A DNA stretch of 64,000 bases from Psilocybe cubensis (taxonomy: Eukaryota). Position 1 is the stretch's first letter; each line of letters begins with the position of its first letter. Below the pieces are notes generated by a model. The model was not told the DNA's origin, did not search any database, and saw only the letters and a program-made list of their open reading frames with translations. Made by a program: the position numbers and the translations under genes. The stretch is taken from positions 1,302,001 to 1,366,000 of the forward strand of contig CM039009.1 of assembly GCA_017499595.2 (NCBI GenBank), read 5' to 3'. Shown in pieces: positions 1-13,460 of the stretch.

Positions 1-3000
1 GACGGGCTGATGGGTTGACCGAGGGATGACATTGAGCCAGAGGCGCGACCAGAGGATGGTTCCTCGCTGCCTTCGAAATCTTCATCGTCTTCATCATCTT
101 CCTCATCATCGTCCTCATCATCATCATCCTCATCGTCGTCATCCTCCTCCTCATCATCATCCTCTTCCTCATCATCGTCGATCTCTTCGCTGGTGCCACT
201 GGTAGCGCTGGAGCTGCTCTTGCTCTTGCTTGACTTGGAGCTGGCCTTCTTCTCCTTTTCAGCGTCCGAGCTCACGCTAGCAGGGAAAGGCACCGAGTCC
301 TTACTCGACACCTGTCCCGCTCCAGGATTCGAGAATGGATAAGGAATCACAGGACCTTCCTTGTCTTTCGAATTCCTTTTAGCGACCTTTGGCATTTCCA
401 GCTCGGTACCCACAGGAACAAATACGCCTTTACCCGTCGAAGTTGACGCCTCGGCAACCACAACGTCCGGTATCAGAGAGCCCATCGGCGGAGGAGGACC
501 GGAGAACAAATCCTTGCTCAGCACACCGCGCTTCGCAGGCGACGGCCCGCCTCCCAATCCCACAGCAGCCAGGACCTTTTCAATGCCTTCAAACTCTTCC
601 TCCTTCTCACTGGCTTTCGCAGCGTCCAGCTTTGGACCTCGTGGCTCTTTCGACAGGCCATCAGGCTGTCCATGTCTGACAGCTGGGGCTGCCGACCACC
701 TTAATGCCTGACCCGCATCGTTGACGCCGCCGCCGCCGCTCCTCCGCCGCGTCATAAGACAAAACTCGAATGCGTCCTGCACCCGCGTGCGCGTTGTCTC
801 CCTCCACGCCCATGCCAGCTCATCGCCTCCATAGTCGCTTCGCCTGTCGTCTGCGCCGTACGGGGTGCCTGCGTACGGGCTCCCTGGGAACCCGTAGAAG
901 CTGGAGCGATACGCTTCGTATTCGGATGCTGCTGCGGAGTAGCGGGCGCGGGTCTTTTCCTGTGCGTATTCGTCCCATGTATGGCGGGGTCCGCACAGTC
1001 CGCCTAGTCGCTGGTTGGAGAAGATCCAAAGGCCAAGCCTGGAAAATGATGATGTAAGTATTGAAACTGCGCAATCGAGAAGGGTACACGTACCAGGAAA
1101 CCAGTACCACCAATGCTCTCCATCCCGTCCACGCTGCATTCGCGATAAGGATACCACGCGAGTAGTCCGTAAGGCTTCCATCAGAGCGGAAGAATGTTCC
1201 GTCCCTATTCGAAGGCCCATTCAACGACGGCGCAGACGACGAAAACGCGAACAAAAGAGCAAGACAGAGCGCAGCGCGGGGAAGGAGCAGCGCAACAGTT
1301 GGAACATTCTGGGAGTAGAAAAAGAACGTCTCCGCCAATCCCTGCTTCCACGCGATCTCCACCTTCTTCTTCCTCTTCCTGTCGCTATCGCCATCGTCTC
1401 CATGAAGCGCGGTCCGACGCTGCTTGACGCGCTGCGTCGACGATGGTGTAGATGCCGAATTCGAAGCGCTCGCTTTGGGCGTCTGAGCTTGTGCGACATG
1501 CCTCCTGCGGCGCTTCTCATCCACCTCCAAAATCTCGCCAAACTCGCCTGTGAACTCGTCGTCCAGCCCATCATCGACCTCAACCATACTGCTGCGCTCG
1601 ACGTCCTCACTTTGACCGGGCACCTGTTGCCCGTCGCGCCGCACGTGTACTTCTTCTTCGACTTCGGTGACGGGGATCACGATTGGACCTGTGGCTGCTG
1701 CTGTGCCGGCGCCACTGGCGAGATACGCGTCTTCTGGGCGCATGAACGCGGAGATTCGGAGGTGTTGGAGGAAGCTGAAGTTGGTGTACGACGTCATAGC
1801 CGCGAGGTTAAACCCAGCAGAGGAAAGGAATATCGGGAGCATGAGAGGCCGGCCTGTGTGGGCGATCGTTTACGGTTAGCAAATGCCCATTTGTGGATAA
1901 ATCAAGGTGAAGAAATGTTTTGTTGGGCGAGAAAAATTGAAGTGCCGGGAGGGTATGTACAGGAGCTTGGAAGGAGTAATGAATGAAATCAAGCCAATGC
2001 GAAAAAACTCACGAAGCCGCCACCGTCTCGAAAAGGAATATACGAGTTCATACATGATACACACGAAGAGAATCCACGCGAACCAGCACGCGATGTAGGC
2101 CGCTGCTCCGAGGGCCCAGTTCTTCCTAGAAGAGGAGGGTGACGTTGAATTCGGGAACTTTGAGACCCTGAGAGATAGGTGAGAAAAAAGAAAAGAAAAG
2201 TTAGTTGTATGAATGAACCCAGAAATGAAAAACAGAATCAGACTAACTGGACCAAAATGAAAACGGCATTAAAGTCGAAGAAGCTCTGCAACGGAATGTG
2301 GTAAAACACCAAAAAGGGCCAAAGGTAAAAGTACAGCTTCATCCATTTCGAAGGATTGAGCAGGATCTGGAGGTTGAGGTTTTTGGCGTTAAATCGTGGT
2401 TGGACAGGGGGCGCGAGATTCGTGTTGGCGTAAGCGTAAGGGGACATGGGCTGGGCAGAGGATGGCAGGAACGCCGTCGGGTTGTTGTTCGGATAGGACG
2501 CGCGAGTGAACACCCGCGGAGGCGCGTTGACACCAGAAATGAGCGTCTGGTCCGTTGGCTCCCGAGACGTATTGCCCGTCGCTCTCTTCTCCACCGCACC
2601 TACAAATGAGTCCTGGAGACTGACGATGCGCACCGAGCGCGGTGTTGGCTTTCGCCCGCCTATTTGCGCCTGAGCCTGCCGCTGTGGATCGTGTCCGAGT
2701 TCATGATCGTGTTCGTGGTCGTATGGGTATGCTGGGTAGCCATAATTAGCCTCCGGGTCCGCATATGCTTCCGTCTGCCCCAGACCCTCCGCGTCGGCAT
2801 CGACATCAACAGGACTCGGCGTAGAGCCGAAGTGGATATGGCTCGCAGCGCCGAGGGTCGAAGCTGGCGCTGGTGGTGGAGGTCGTTTCGGAAGCCATGT
2901 CGGGTAGCCTTCGGAATCCTTCGAGTGCCGACGACTCGTTGGGCTGGTAGTCTCCGATGAAGAGAGTTGAGGTCCGGAAGTGATTGGCGCACCACTTGCT

Positions 3001-3071
3001 CCCGTTATAGGCGACGGAGTACTGCTGGGCTCGCGTCGGTGTGATGATGAAGAATGCGGGGGTGGTGCCAT
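1..3071 (-). CDS. Multi-exon uncharacterised membrane protein with Pro/Ser-rich N-terminus and long acidic (D/E) tract; 3' end lies outside the window
   Basis: ATG at 3071 (MAPPPHSSS). Exons in ORFs 2238-3149, 1876-2064 and 820-1842 are joined by GT-AG introns. Hydrophobic segments include LYFYLWPFLVFYHIP and AALCLALLFAF. GAT/GAG-rich acidic run at about 80-180. Confidence 0.75.
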
Positions 3072-4669
3072 TTCGGACTCGAAAATTAAATGAAAATGAA
3101 CTGTAGCCTTTCGTGTATCACAACGAGCAGCACAAGCTGAACAAGTCAACTTGGACAGAAAATTGAACTACAAAAAAGAATATTAAAAAAAAAAGTTGAA
3201 ACCCAAGAAGCCGCGACCAGACTCTGGCGAACGCAGAGCGGTGTGGGGGTGTAGACAAGGATTAGATTAGGCTGTACGATAAAAGCAAGCCGTTCGTGAA
3301 TCGTGAGCAGTGGAATGACCAATAAACACGAGGCGCGCGTCAGTTTTGGAACGGCCTCGTGGTTGACGGTCGAAGACCTGTACTCGTGCGGACGGAGTGG
3401 CAGCGGCGCGTGAGTGGAGAGTCGTGACAAGGACCAAACGGGGGGATTTCTGCCTCGTGTAGTGCAGGTTTAAACCTCCTTGTTTGTTTTTGATGCACGG
3501 AAGGCTGGGCTTGAATGCATAAATTGTCCTCCTATCATAGCCTGGGAACCGTTCCTGAAAACAAACCATGCTCCTTATGCGGTTACCGTTCGTTCTCTCC
3601 CTCCGGCCCTTAATTTCTACTTTTCATTGCTTCTCCTGCTCAGAGCTTTTTACTACTTACTTGTGCAGAAAGTTGCTTTCCTTACGCGTCCATGGACGAA
3701 AAAACGCGTGGAAAACCATTTTCCTTATCCAAGGATGGCCACCAGCTCCCCCTTGTTCTTAACCTGCCATCGATGACCAACCGATCCAAAGAGTGGGGCG
3801 ATTCCCGCCTTGTACTTTTTATCCTTATCCTTCTCGTATCCATCGAGCGGCCGATAGACGGGTAGAACGATGCCTACGAAATGAAATCAACAAGGAACAT
3901 TCTCTTCTTAGCAGCTGATGCAAAAATAGAGCGGCTTGACGTCGTTGTGTTCTTGCTGAGAAAGTCAGGCGGTTGGCCATACCATGTCTCGTGAGTACTA
4001 CACCACCCATCGCGCAGCTTCGAAAAAAAATTGACACGGTCCAAGAGGCACGTGTGTTGAATCTGAAATGAAGCAAACCGTGGACTTGAACGGTCTATAG
4101 GCGCACGCAAGATAACCTGGCTATTCAACTGTCAAACAGTCGTGTATGTTCAGATGTTACGACTTCAGACGGTGTGAGTCCTCGGGCGCTTATATGAAAG
4201 AGATGATGCTCATCAACTTCTTTAATATCATTTCATTCTATCGACTTGGTCTTTTTCTGGTCCATAGCAACCCCATGCTCTGCCAATCACTAGTCTATTT
4301 CACGGTAACAGAGTGGAAAGAGACCTTAGCGTCAAAGTGTCCTTCATTTTTCCCCAACGACACTAGTCTCCGTGGAGAAATTTCAAACATGAATGCCCTC
4401 GGTTAGGGGTTATCAATATACCAGACTGCAGGCTGCTTGAATCGCATCAATGTAAGTTAATGCATGCACCTGCGGAATGTATCATCCTAGCTAACCAGTC
4501 TAGTCTGCGATGAACGTTGGGAAATGGAGCAAGAAATGGAGGCAGCCCACCATTCCTTTGGATTACAACTGAACATGAACGATGTGAGCAGTAATCACGA
4601 AAATGAAAGCAGCACATGGTTTCTAACCATTCAGAAACTAGAATGTCTCGCGGAACCGCTTAATTGATG

Positions 4670-5400
4670 TTCAAATGCAATTTATCAGCGCACCCTGCAA
4701 TATTCTAACAAGAAAATTCTGCAAGGGTGCTACATCGCTTCCAATTGTAGCTCACGAGGTCTGGAATCTTTGTCGCCTTCAATATTATATGAAGCCGCGT
4801 ATGTATCCCATTGACCATAGCTGGATTCACTCGATATTTTGTAGTCCACCGCGTTTTGGACTCCTGGAAAAGTGATAGCCTGTACTCATCTCCAACTCCG
4901 AGCTCTGGAACACACCAATTCAGCAAGGTGACTCTAGAGCAGCGCGTATCATCAGCACGGAACATTAATAAAATGAATCAACTCCGTCGTTTCAACTGGT
5001 CTATTGGAATGCTCAAGACAGATACCGTCACACCCGTAGTCGTCCGTACCAAAAGAGGATACTTTTTGGCCGGAGAAAGGTCCCGGGATATAGGAGTGTC
5101 TTGATGCAAAGTCAATTGTCGGAACTCAACCATGGACTCATCTGCATGTAGTAAGTTGATGGTGGGCAGCTGTAGCACCATCAGAGTAAGTTCACCATAC
5201 ACATATCATCTTGTTCATGATTTGGCTCATACTGTACTATTTTCAGTGTGTTCTTCTCGGGAATAGCTCCCTGCGTCTGACAAGAAGACATGATCTGTTG
5301 CTTCTATACATGGAAATATCCTTCCCAAATCGGGGTACTTTGTCATTTGAGATGTGGAATAGGGTTACGGGTACGCACTTGATGAACCTATGGTAGAAAG
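4670..5400 (+). pseudogene. Possible degraded F-box-family gene relic
   Basis: Broken frames give fragments (RLQYYMK, LEQRV...LRRFNW, LLLLYME...FEMWNRVTG) that recall agaricomycete F-box proteins. No continuous model could be built. Confidence 0.25.
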
Positions 5401-5530
5401 ACCTTACTGTATTTTAGAGAGCCGTTTCTATCCAATTACCATGCATCTCGGTTGCGTTTTGTGTGCTAGCGCACGAACGCCGTGAAAATCGGTTAAAACA
5501 TGATTTGGATGCTGCATGGACGGTATGGGA

Positions 5531-7104
5531 TCAAAGGGGGTCATCTCCACTCTGACTTATGCAATATTCGAAATGAATAGTAACGGTCGACGTGTGCACT
5601 CTTGGAAGTGCCTCCTCAAAATACCTCCGAAGCCACTCCAAACTTTCTCTCTCCATCTTGAGGAGCTCGCTCTCATCCAAGAACACAGAATTCGAGTAAA
5701 ATACTCCGCCGTCAGCACTCGGGGCGCGATGCGTGACAATGGCAGACCGCTTCTCGATAAACTTGATGCTCAACGTCTTCAAGCTCGGGTAACGGCGGTC
5801 TGTAAGAAGATTGTCGACCTTTTCCCACCGCCGTTTCCACGCTGCTGGGAGGATGTTTTGGCGGTCGATGGCCTGCTGAGCAGTGGTCCTCACGATATTT
5901 TCCAGGACGATGTGTTCAAGTGAGGATGGGCAGTCGTCTACTAGAGAGTTGATGAAATAGGTCAGGCCTTGAGGAGGGAAGCATTCTGGGAGGCTGAGAC
6001 TGGCTGATAAATGAAGGCGCAGTGTGATTAGAGATTGTAGAGCAGCAAGCTTTGATTTTGTATCGGGACTGAATGAGAAATAATCTAAACCCGACGATTA
6101 ATTAGCACTGGGATGACACGACTCTGCCGAGCGAGAAGTATTTCTCACCGCCCGAAAACGAAAATATTTCCAGCGTGTTTAGAGTATCAACAGAGCACTG
6201 TAGGATATTGCTTAGGTCGTTAGAGCAAGGCAAGGTGACTTTTAGATGTTTGAGCCGAGAAAATGCTTTTGGACGGTATGATAATACTCTTGTCAGGAGC
6301 TCTTCATCCACATGAGATATTTCCAGAACTTCCAAGTCATCCAAGCCGCTATGTACCCAGTTTCCTATACCGGATTGCGTCGCCAATATACCTGACAATG
6401 ATAGTTCCCTAAGATTGACACAAACTGAGAGAATCGAAATAGGAAAGCCCCATATTCTGTGAAATCGTAGAACTTTAACAGTGCGGCAAACTTTACGAAT
6501 GGACGACTTCAAGCCAGGGTACACTGTTGCCCAAACTAGAGCGTTGCGATCGTCTGGACGAATCTCAAGGGTTTCCAAATTGACCATTGTGTTCAGAATC
6601 CGAGGGAAGCGCTCGCGCTGCCTGTCCAGTTCCTCTTGTGAGCTGCTCCAGCCGTCTAAAAACATCACTTTGTTGGTCGTCGGGAAGCATGCCGCAATAG
6701 TCAGCGAGCGCACTTGCGTGGCCAATGGTTTGAAATCGCGCAGCAAGTCCCCTTCGAGCAGTTCGAAGAACAGATTGTCGCGTCGCTCGTCCCATGTTTC
6801 ACAGGGGAGAATCTGCTCTTTTCTTGTAATAGAATGGAACACACGGGGCCGCGCCTTCTCGTAGAAAGATCGCGAGACCAGGAGACACTGTGCGAGAGCC
6901 ACGCGTGCGTCAGGGTCATGGTTATCTGGGTTGTACGCAAGGTCCGCAAGGATATCAATCATTGCGTCCATCACATCTTGAGGAAGAACAGTGCCGCTGA
7001 TGTCGTTCTTTGATAACAGCGTCCCAGCACTCGGCTGATCTGAGAATAACCATCGGAAACCTGGCTGGAAGATACTGCTGACAAAACATACCCGTTGAAG
7101 ACAT
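5531..7104 (-). CDS. F-box-like / LRR (RNI-like) protein
   Basis: ATG at 7104 (MSST), intron gtatgt..cag, then LPQDVMDAMIDILA...LAQCLLVSRSF (F-box-like). LRR-like segments NLETLEI, NLRELSL, RLKHLKV. Last exon ends at stop 5531. Confidence 0.75.
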
Positions 7105-7267
7105 TGTGTGAGCGGTACCCAATGTTCGAGAACCCGATCCTTGAAGTGAACACATGGAAAGAGGAAGAAGAAGTCAATTCATTCCTGGGATAAAGACCAG
7201 GGCATTACATAAGTATCAATTCGTTCCATCCACACACAAAAGCCTAAAATACATTATGTGGGTACTT

Positions 7268-8965
7268 TCAACGCCGGTTATACTCATAATGGCACGAACA
7301 CTTGAATTCAAGGTCCATGACGAGATGACTCGAAAAACTGACAGCCGCCATTTTCATGTCGGGGATGCTGGGGTGACCTCGTCCGCAAGGACTTGGCTTC
7401 AGGAGTTGTAGATAGCGAAGAGACCATTGCGAGTAACTACGTGCCTGCATGGCGTCAGAGAATTTTCGCAAATCCTAAGGAAATGTATTTATTTTTATTA
7501 AAATTTTTTTCTCTAACAATGAATGGACAAAAGAGCACACCTGAAACCGATTACCAGAATCTGGCATCGAAAGCTGATCATATTGAAGAGTCAAAGCATT
7601 GAGCTTCGGCAGTTTCTGGGACAGCATATCGAAGACCTGTGGAGATAATTCACAACAGGTACACGAAAGAACTTCAAGTTTGGGTGGGATGTCGACTCTA
7701 GGTGTCAAGGAGTCCAGTATTTCCATGAGACGGTTGGTGCTGAGCTTTACATCAGTCATCACTAGTTTGACGAGATTGGGGGCTATTTGGTGTAGGTCTG
7801 GGAGTAGACGTCGGGTGCTTAGGTTTGGTTCTATCATATAGCGGCCGAAATCACGGAGACCAATGTCCAAGCTTTGCAACTGAGGTAAAACAAGTTGAGA
7901 AAAAGAATACAGCTTGGGTGAATCCACAGGCTCCTGCTGATTTAGCCATACCGTGTAGGTGTCGTCGGAGTGGTGAAATGAGACGTGTCGTGAGTAAGGC
8001 TTGATGGTTACTGTCTGTAAACTTGACTGATGCATTGAAACAAATCGAGTCAGCCCTTCAGGATTGGGGAGAGTATTAGAATTGGTGATAGCGCAAAATT
8101 CGAATGTTTTCAATTTTGGAAGGCGAGGAAGAGAAGAAAATATCGCTCCTAAGTCGGCAATAACCATAGACGCAAACGAGACTTTTGTTAATGTTGACCG
8201 GAATTCAGTAAACAGGGATACAAGTGCTTGTGTTGCAAAGTACCAATCTGTAGAAGTATGCTTGTAGCGACTGATTGATAGAGTAAGGTTGAATTCTTCC
8301 AAGTTAGTCAGAACCTTTGCTTGCATCGTAAGAGGTTTCAAGAAAATGGGAATCTTCTCCACAACAGTATCAATAGAGATTTTACGAAGATTCGGCCCTA
8401 TAGAGTCGGATGCCCACAATGAGTCGAGGAACGACATGAACATTGAAGTGGCGACGTGGTCATGCACAGTGATTGTGATTTCGCGAAGATTGGGACAACT
8501 CTTCACCGCTTTTCTAGCAATGGGGAGAATACCAAACGATGGATCTTCAATTTGATTCCTAAGTGGCTCGGAAGGAGACCACCTTACGAGATTTGAAAAG
8601 GAAGACAATCTAGAGGAAATGCGTCGTTCGATTTTGGTTCCACGGCCATTCTTTGAGTCAATTTCACCAATGCCCGGAAGAAAAGCTGGACGAATGAAAA
8701 GGTGTCTAACGCGCTTTGAAACACCGCTATGGCTATCCGAACATTAGTAGGACAATGTGTTGAAATGTTCTGTCACGTACTGTAATTGCTTGAAGGTTTT
8801 CACGGTTTCCTTATCGTCGGATATGAGCCGTACTTCTTCGTACAGGTCATTGAGAGCAAGTTCAAAAAGGGTCCGGTTGACTCCAATCATTTTACGGAGG
8901 GTACTTCGAGGAAGGTACGACAATATTTCCAGCCATAATTCCGTTGGTAAATCCGAGGTCGTCAT
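7268..8965 (-). CDS. F-box protein with LRR-like C-terminal region
   Basis: N-terminus MTTSDLPTELWLEILSYLP is a typical F-box. LRR-like repeats in ORF 7475-8608. Final exon about 7475-7268. Confidence 0.85.
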
Positions 8966-9190
8966 TTAGCGTTAAGCAATATGGAAGATGAACGTTAAGA
9001 ACGAGAGAATCCTTAAATAACATATTCAGATCAAGGCTGTGTATGACAAATTGCTGTCCACAGTCATGGGATTGATGGATGTAGAGGGTCGAGGTGAATG
9101 GGAGTCGGCAAGGCCGACAAGGAAAGGGTGACACATATAAAATTCCCACGAGCATCGGTCGACATTTTCAACGCTGCCACTGTTATCCTG

Positions 9191-11603
9191 ATGTCGTCTT
9201 CTACTCGTCCAAGTATCTCTTCTGCGTCGAATGTACCAGGACCGAAACGGAATGATGTACTTATCCTCATACATCTAATTTAGCTTCTAGACCTTACCTA
9301 CAGAAGTAATTCAGCGACAGGACAATGAGGCTCCAGAGTCGGAACCACCTCCCAAAATTTGGTCCGTTGGAGACCCCTTTCAATATGCACCTCCCAAACC
9401 TGAAGGAGACCCGTGGGCTTTACTCCTGGAACCGCTGATAAAGAAAGATAAAATGCGGTGCGAAGCATGGAAGGACGAGGTTCAAAATTTGCTCATCTTC
9501 GTGAGTGCCATGCACGCAATCTGCTAGCATTCTTTGCCTTGTCAGTTGACATCTCTTGGTGACCACTCGTAGGCCGGTCTTTTCTCTGCCGTTGTAACAG
9601 GATTTATTATCGAATCCTACAAGAATCTCCAGCCGGACCCCGAAGATGTCATGATAAATTTACTGTCTCAAATTGCGACCCGTCTCGAGCGCGTGCCCGG
9701 TCTTAATACTACATCTACTGAACCCCCTCTTGCGCAGGCACAGTTCTCACCGAGTTCCTCGACCATTCGAGTCAATACATTCTGGCTCATAAGCCTTGTC
9801 CTCAGCCTGGCAACCGTTCTTGTTGGCATAGTGTCCCTTCAATGGCTGCGTGAACACCAATCATATCCAGATTTGACGCCGAGGCAACGCTACGCTATAT
9901 ATCATATGCGAGATAATGGAATAAAGAAATGGCAGGTACACAGAATCTTCACCGCATTACCGCTTCTCCTCCAGTGTGCTCTCGTTCTTTTCTTGTCAGG
10001 CTTGGTCGACTTTTTCCATTCACTGGGAGAATGGAGGGTAACCATCCCAGTCACTATCGTAATTTTCTTCACTTTAGCGTTTCTCATTTGTACCGCTATA
10101 CTCCCCAGTTTGCAAGGATTGTCTTTATATCTTCCTGCTTTTGGACAGAATCGTTCTAAATGTTGGAACGACCCCCCAAGTCAATGCCCCTATAAATCTC
10201 CTCAATCCCACGCCATTCGAACACTTCTGCGTCCAGTATTTCGACTCCTCTTTCGTTTATATCCATATACCCGCATTTATGCTCATAAAGTCAAGCACCT
10301 GGCAACCTCCCTTGTTTCAAAAACGAACATAGCACCATCACTAACCCATGATCATTTTTCACGATATATCTATTATGCGTACAAATGTGCTAGCTGGATC
10401 GACTTCGACCTTGAGTGGCTTTCAATCAGGGACGCATACATGCGCCGCGCTTTTGGGCGTTCATCCTGGTATGAAGAACTCGGCCAACGAGATGACGACA
10501 CTCTCCCTATACATGACATCGTTGGGGGACTACAGAATCAATGCTCTCAAAAATCATCTTATGGTCCAGCATATTTTTGTATGACTGAAATTTCCGAGCT
10601 TGCTCTCCTTCCTTTGGACACCGGAGACTTCTGTTACCACACTGCTGAGGATCGCTGTCGTCAGAGTGCATATTTGCACGATTTATTGTGTCGGGTTGAC
10701 GATACATGCATATCAGATTACTTCATACTTGATTCATTCTTTCAAGGCTCAGGCCCGCTGGTAGTAGGAAACACGCAAACTCTGGCTTCTATTTTGCACC
10801 AACAAAACCTCTTCTCTTTTCTACGTCACGGACACTTGAGCGATGGAACTTCACAAGCCATGCATCGCAAAGAACTCGCATTGCGTCTAATGCGGTTCTT
10901 CTTTCGGGAAAGTCTCCAACTCGGCTTCTCGGGAAAAGCGAAACCGTTTCCCAGATGTCTTGCGTTCGACCAATTTCTCTTCTGTCTGGATCGCGACCTG
11001 AATAGGGAGAAATTCAACGGCAAGCAGAATAATATCTGATCATCGATTTATCTGACTAATGGCAGTGCTGCGATTATAGCGATTGGTTTACAAATTATGG
11101 ATGCAACGTTGTCGCTTTTTCGTCAACTAGGCAAAAGCTCTCGGTCTGATTCCATCGTTAGGTCAGCGGAAGTACAACAGGGCGCACTTTCCATCCATAT
11201 AGAAACTGCCAGTTCTTTGACGGCAAATGTTTTCATGCCCGGTGGTAACGCCGTTTCTTCACCCATGGATGCACGCATAAAAAATGCATTTTATTTCCTT
11301 TTTACCTTTATCGAAAAACAGCTAAAGAGAGAGATATCTTCTTGGACCCCAAATTCGACTCATCCTAGTCTCCTGTTCTATGCCTCAGCGCTGTACACCC
11401 ATCGCTTGGTCGCTTGGGAGGACCCTATCTTCTGTTCTTTATACACCACACTCTGCCAGTATAAAACACAAACCATCGACGTTGGAATAATTGACTCTAC
11501 CGTGGAGGGTAACCTTACATACAGTTACGATAATGCCCCTTGGCTATATTCGAGCTACACAGTTCCATTTTCAACGCAGTGGTGGGGTGATTTTAACCCT
11601 TAG
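9191..11603 (+). CDS. DUF6535-type N-terminal multi-TM protein, copy 1
   Basis: Family-typical motifs CEAWKDEVQNLLIF-AGLFSAVVTGFIIESY, RVNTFWLISLVLSL, QWLREH, LPLLLQ, CPYKSPQS. Exons joined by short introns, including a GC-AG intron at 11020-11079. Confidence 0.85.
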
Positions 11604-12498
11604 GGTAGCCGTTAAATTCATTGTTTTACGATTACAAGATAGTACATTGGTAGTGATCTTTATACTGATTTGTGTTATTCAATGATAACGACGTGCGTTT
11701 TGAACGAGTAATGTAATTAACAAAATTCCGATCATGAGAATTGTAATACTTGCAATCCCTCAGGATCTCGAGGCACCCATAGAAGTAAAAAGTTGTTGAG
11801 CCGCTCCATAGCCTTGTCTGCAGTCGGACGTTCTTCGGGATTTGTGGCTAGCATTTCTTGCACCAAGTTATCCACCTCGGGGTAACCAGCCTGTCAGCCC
11901 AAGATAGTCAGAGAACAGTGATTCAACCTCACGTTACAATTTAGAGGCACTCACATAGAAATAATCGTTAATCATGGTTGCAAACTGCCATATATCAAGC
12001 CGAAATGGACAATAAGGTATCGTGTTGCTCAGTTCAGGAGCTTTTGGTCGGTTATAAATATTCTCCGGAACAGGGAATCCTACTATAAACCTATCAGAGG
12101 GCAGCGAATCTTCGGGGAATTGAACAGCTGTCTCAAAATCGATGATATACACGCGCGGCAGTGGCCATATATTCTCAGCAGAAAGGGATATGGGGTCCCA
12201 TTCAACCACAAAATTGTCGAGAAAGAGGTCCTGAACACGGAATTAGCTGAGCCTCGTTGTTGTATCTTTGTATCTTTGGAAATGACATACACAGTGAGCT
12301 ATCCTCTTGCTGTGGATAAAAGCAATTCCCTGTCCACATGTGTCGATCAGACTCTGAATTGTGTGCAAAGGAAGTAGCGCTACCTCAAGAGCCTGTAATA
12401 TCATGTACAGGACATCCTCCATAGAATTTTTCTCCTTGCTTCCTTTGTGGCACCTCCTGATCGAGTTAGACAATGAGCTCTTAATCCTAGGGAAAACC

Positions 12499-13460
12499 TA
12501 GTCCTGTGCTTATCGCGCCCCCCAAACCGGGGAAGAAAATGATTATGTAAAGTGCGGACTTTGAAACGCGTCGCGCTAATATAGGCCCTCGCGCCCGAAC
12601 TCTTCTCAACGCGTTTAAACAGTTGGTATCTGCTTTAATCCCATAATTTATTGCTTTATGATCAATGTAAATTGTAAATTATGGCATGTAGTCTTTCGGA
12701 ATACATCCTATATAGTGCTAGCATGGAAAACAACAATTAACCCACTGCCCACTTGCAAGAAGTTAATCATGTGATAAGTGAAGACCCACCCGCAAGTACC
12801 GCTCACATTTATTGTCATCAGGACAGAGAAGAAGTGGTGCATTTCTTCTGAAATTTTTGACTTTCATGGCTTATATATCTTATCATGCCGAAGTTTTGAA
12901 ACAATATAAACTGAATCATATTTATGCAGGTATATTTAATGGAGTTGTAAAAGTTCTATTGAAGTTCTACTGATGTAAATGTTTACCTAAAAATCTGTAA
13001 TGGGCCTATATATTTAATTTTAAAGGAAGAGCTGCGCAGTTATTGCCTTGTATAACACGCGAGGATACACACTGCAACTGGGATCAACAAACAACGCGTT
13101 GACGACGCGTCCTAATGACGCGTCATGGCCGGACCGGATATTCAATGTCCGCACTTTACATAATAAATTTCTTCCCCGGTTTCACTGCTGGCGCTGATAC
13201 ATATTTGATAGAAAAATATGTATCGGTAATTATGTTTCCTGTTGGTTTTTGACGTATTTTTCTCGTATATAGAGTCCGGGGTTACCCAATTAGGGAAGCC
13301 CGAAGCCTATATTCCAATAAAATACGTCAAAAAAATGTAGGAAACATAATTACTGGGTCTTATTTTCTTTGAAAATATATATGAGCGCCAGCGGTGTTTG
13401 GGGGGCGTGATAAGCAACAGACCACATACGTACGTATCGTGGTCTGTCTACGAGAGACTA
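12499..13460. mobile_element. Non-autonomous DNA transposon (composite), 9-bp TSD, TAGTC...GACTA termini
   Basis: GGGAAAACC at 12490-12498 and 13461-13469. Subterminal inverted repeat 12507-12527 / 13396-13416. Internal hairpin 13183-13396. No ORF. Confidence 0.9.
12524..13182. mobile_element. Inner MITE-like element nested in the 12499-13460 element
   Basis: Approximately 40-bp inverted repeats: aaaccggggaagaaa..tatgtaaagtgcggac.ttgaa (12524-12565) and ttcaa.gtccgcactttacata..tttcttccccggttt (13141-13182). It interrupts the left arm of the outer hairpin. Confidence 0.75.

Noticed and set aside
361..1986. Plus-strand ORFs 361-711, 770-1057 and 1015-1986 (323 aa)
   Set aside because: They are antisense shadows of the GC-rich minus-strand gene, have no sensible protein features and cross its introns.
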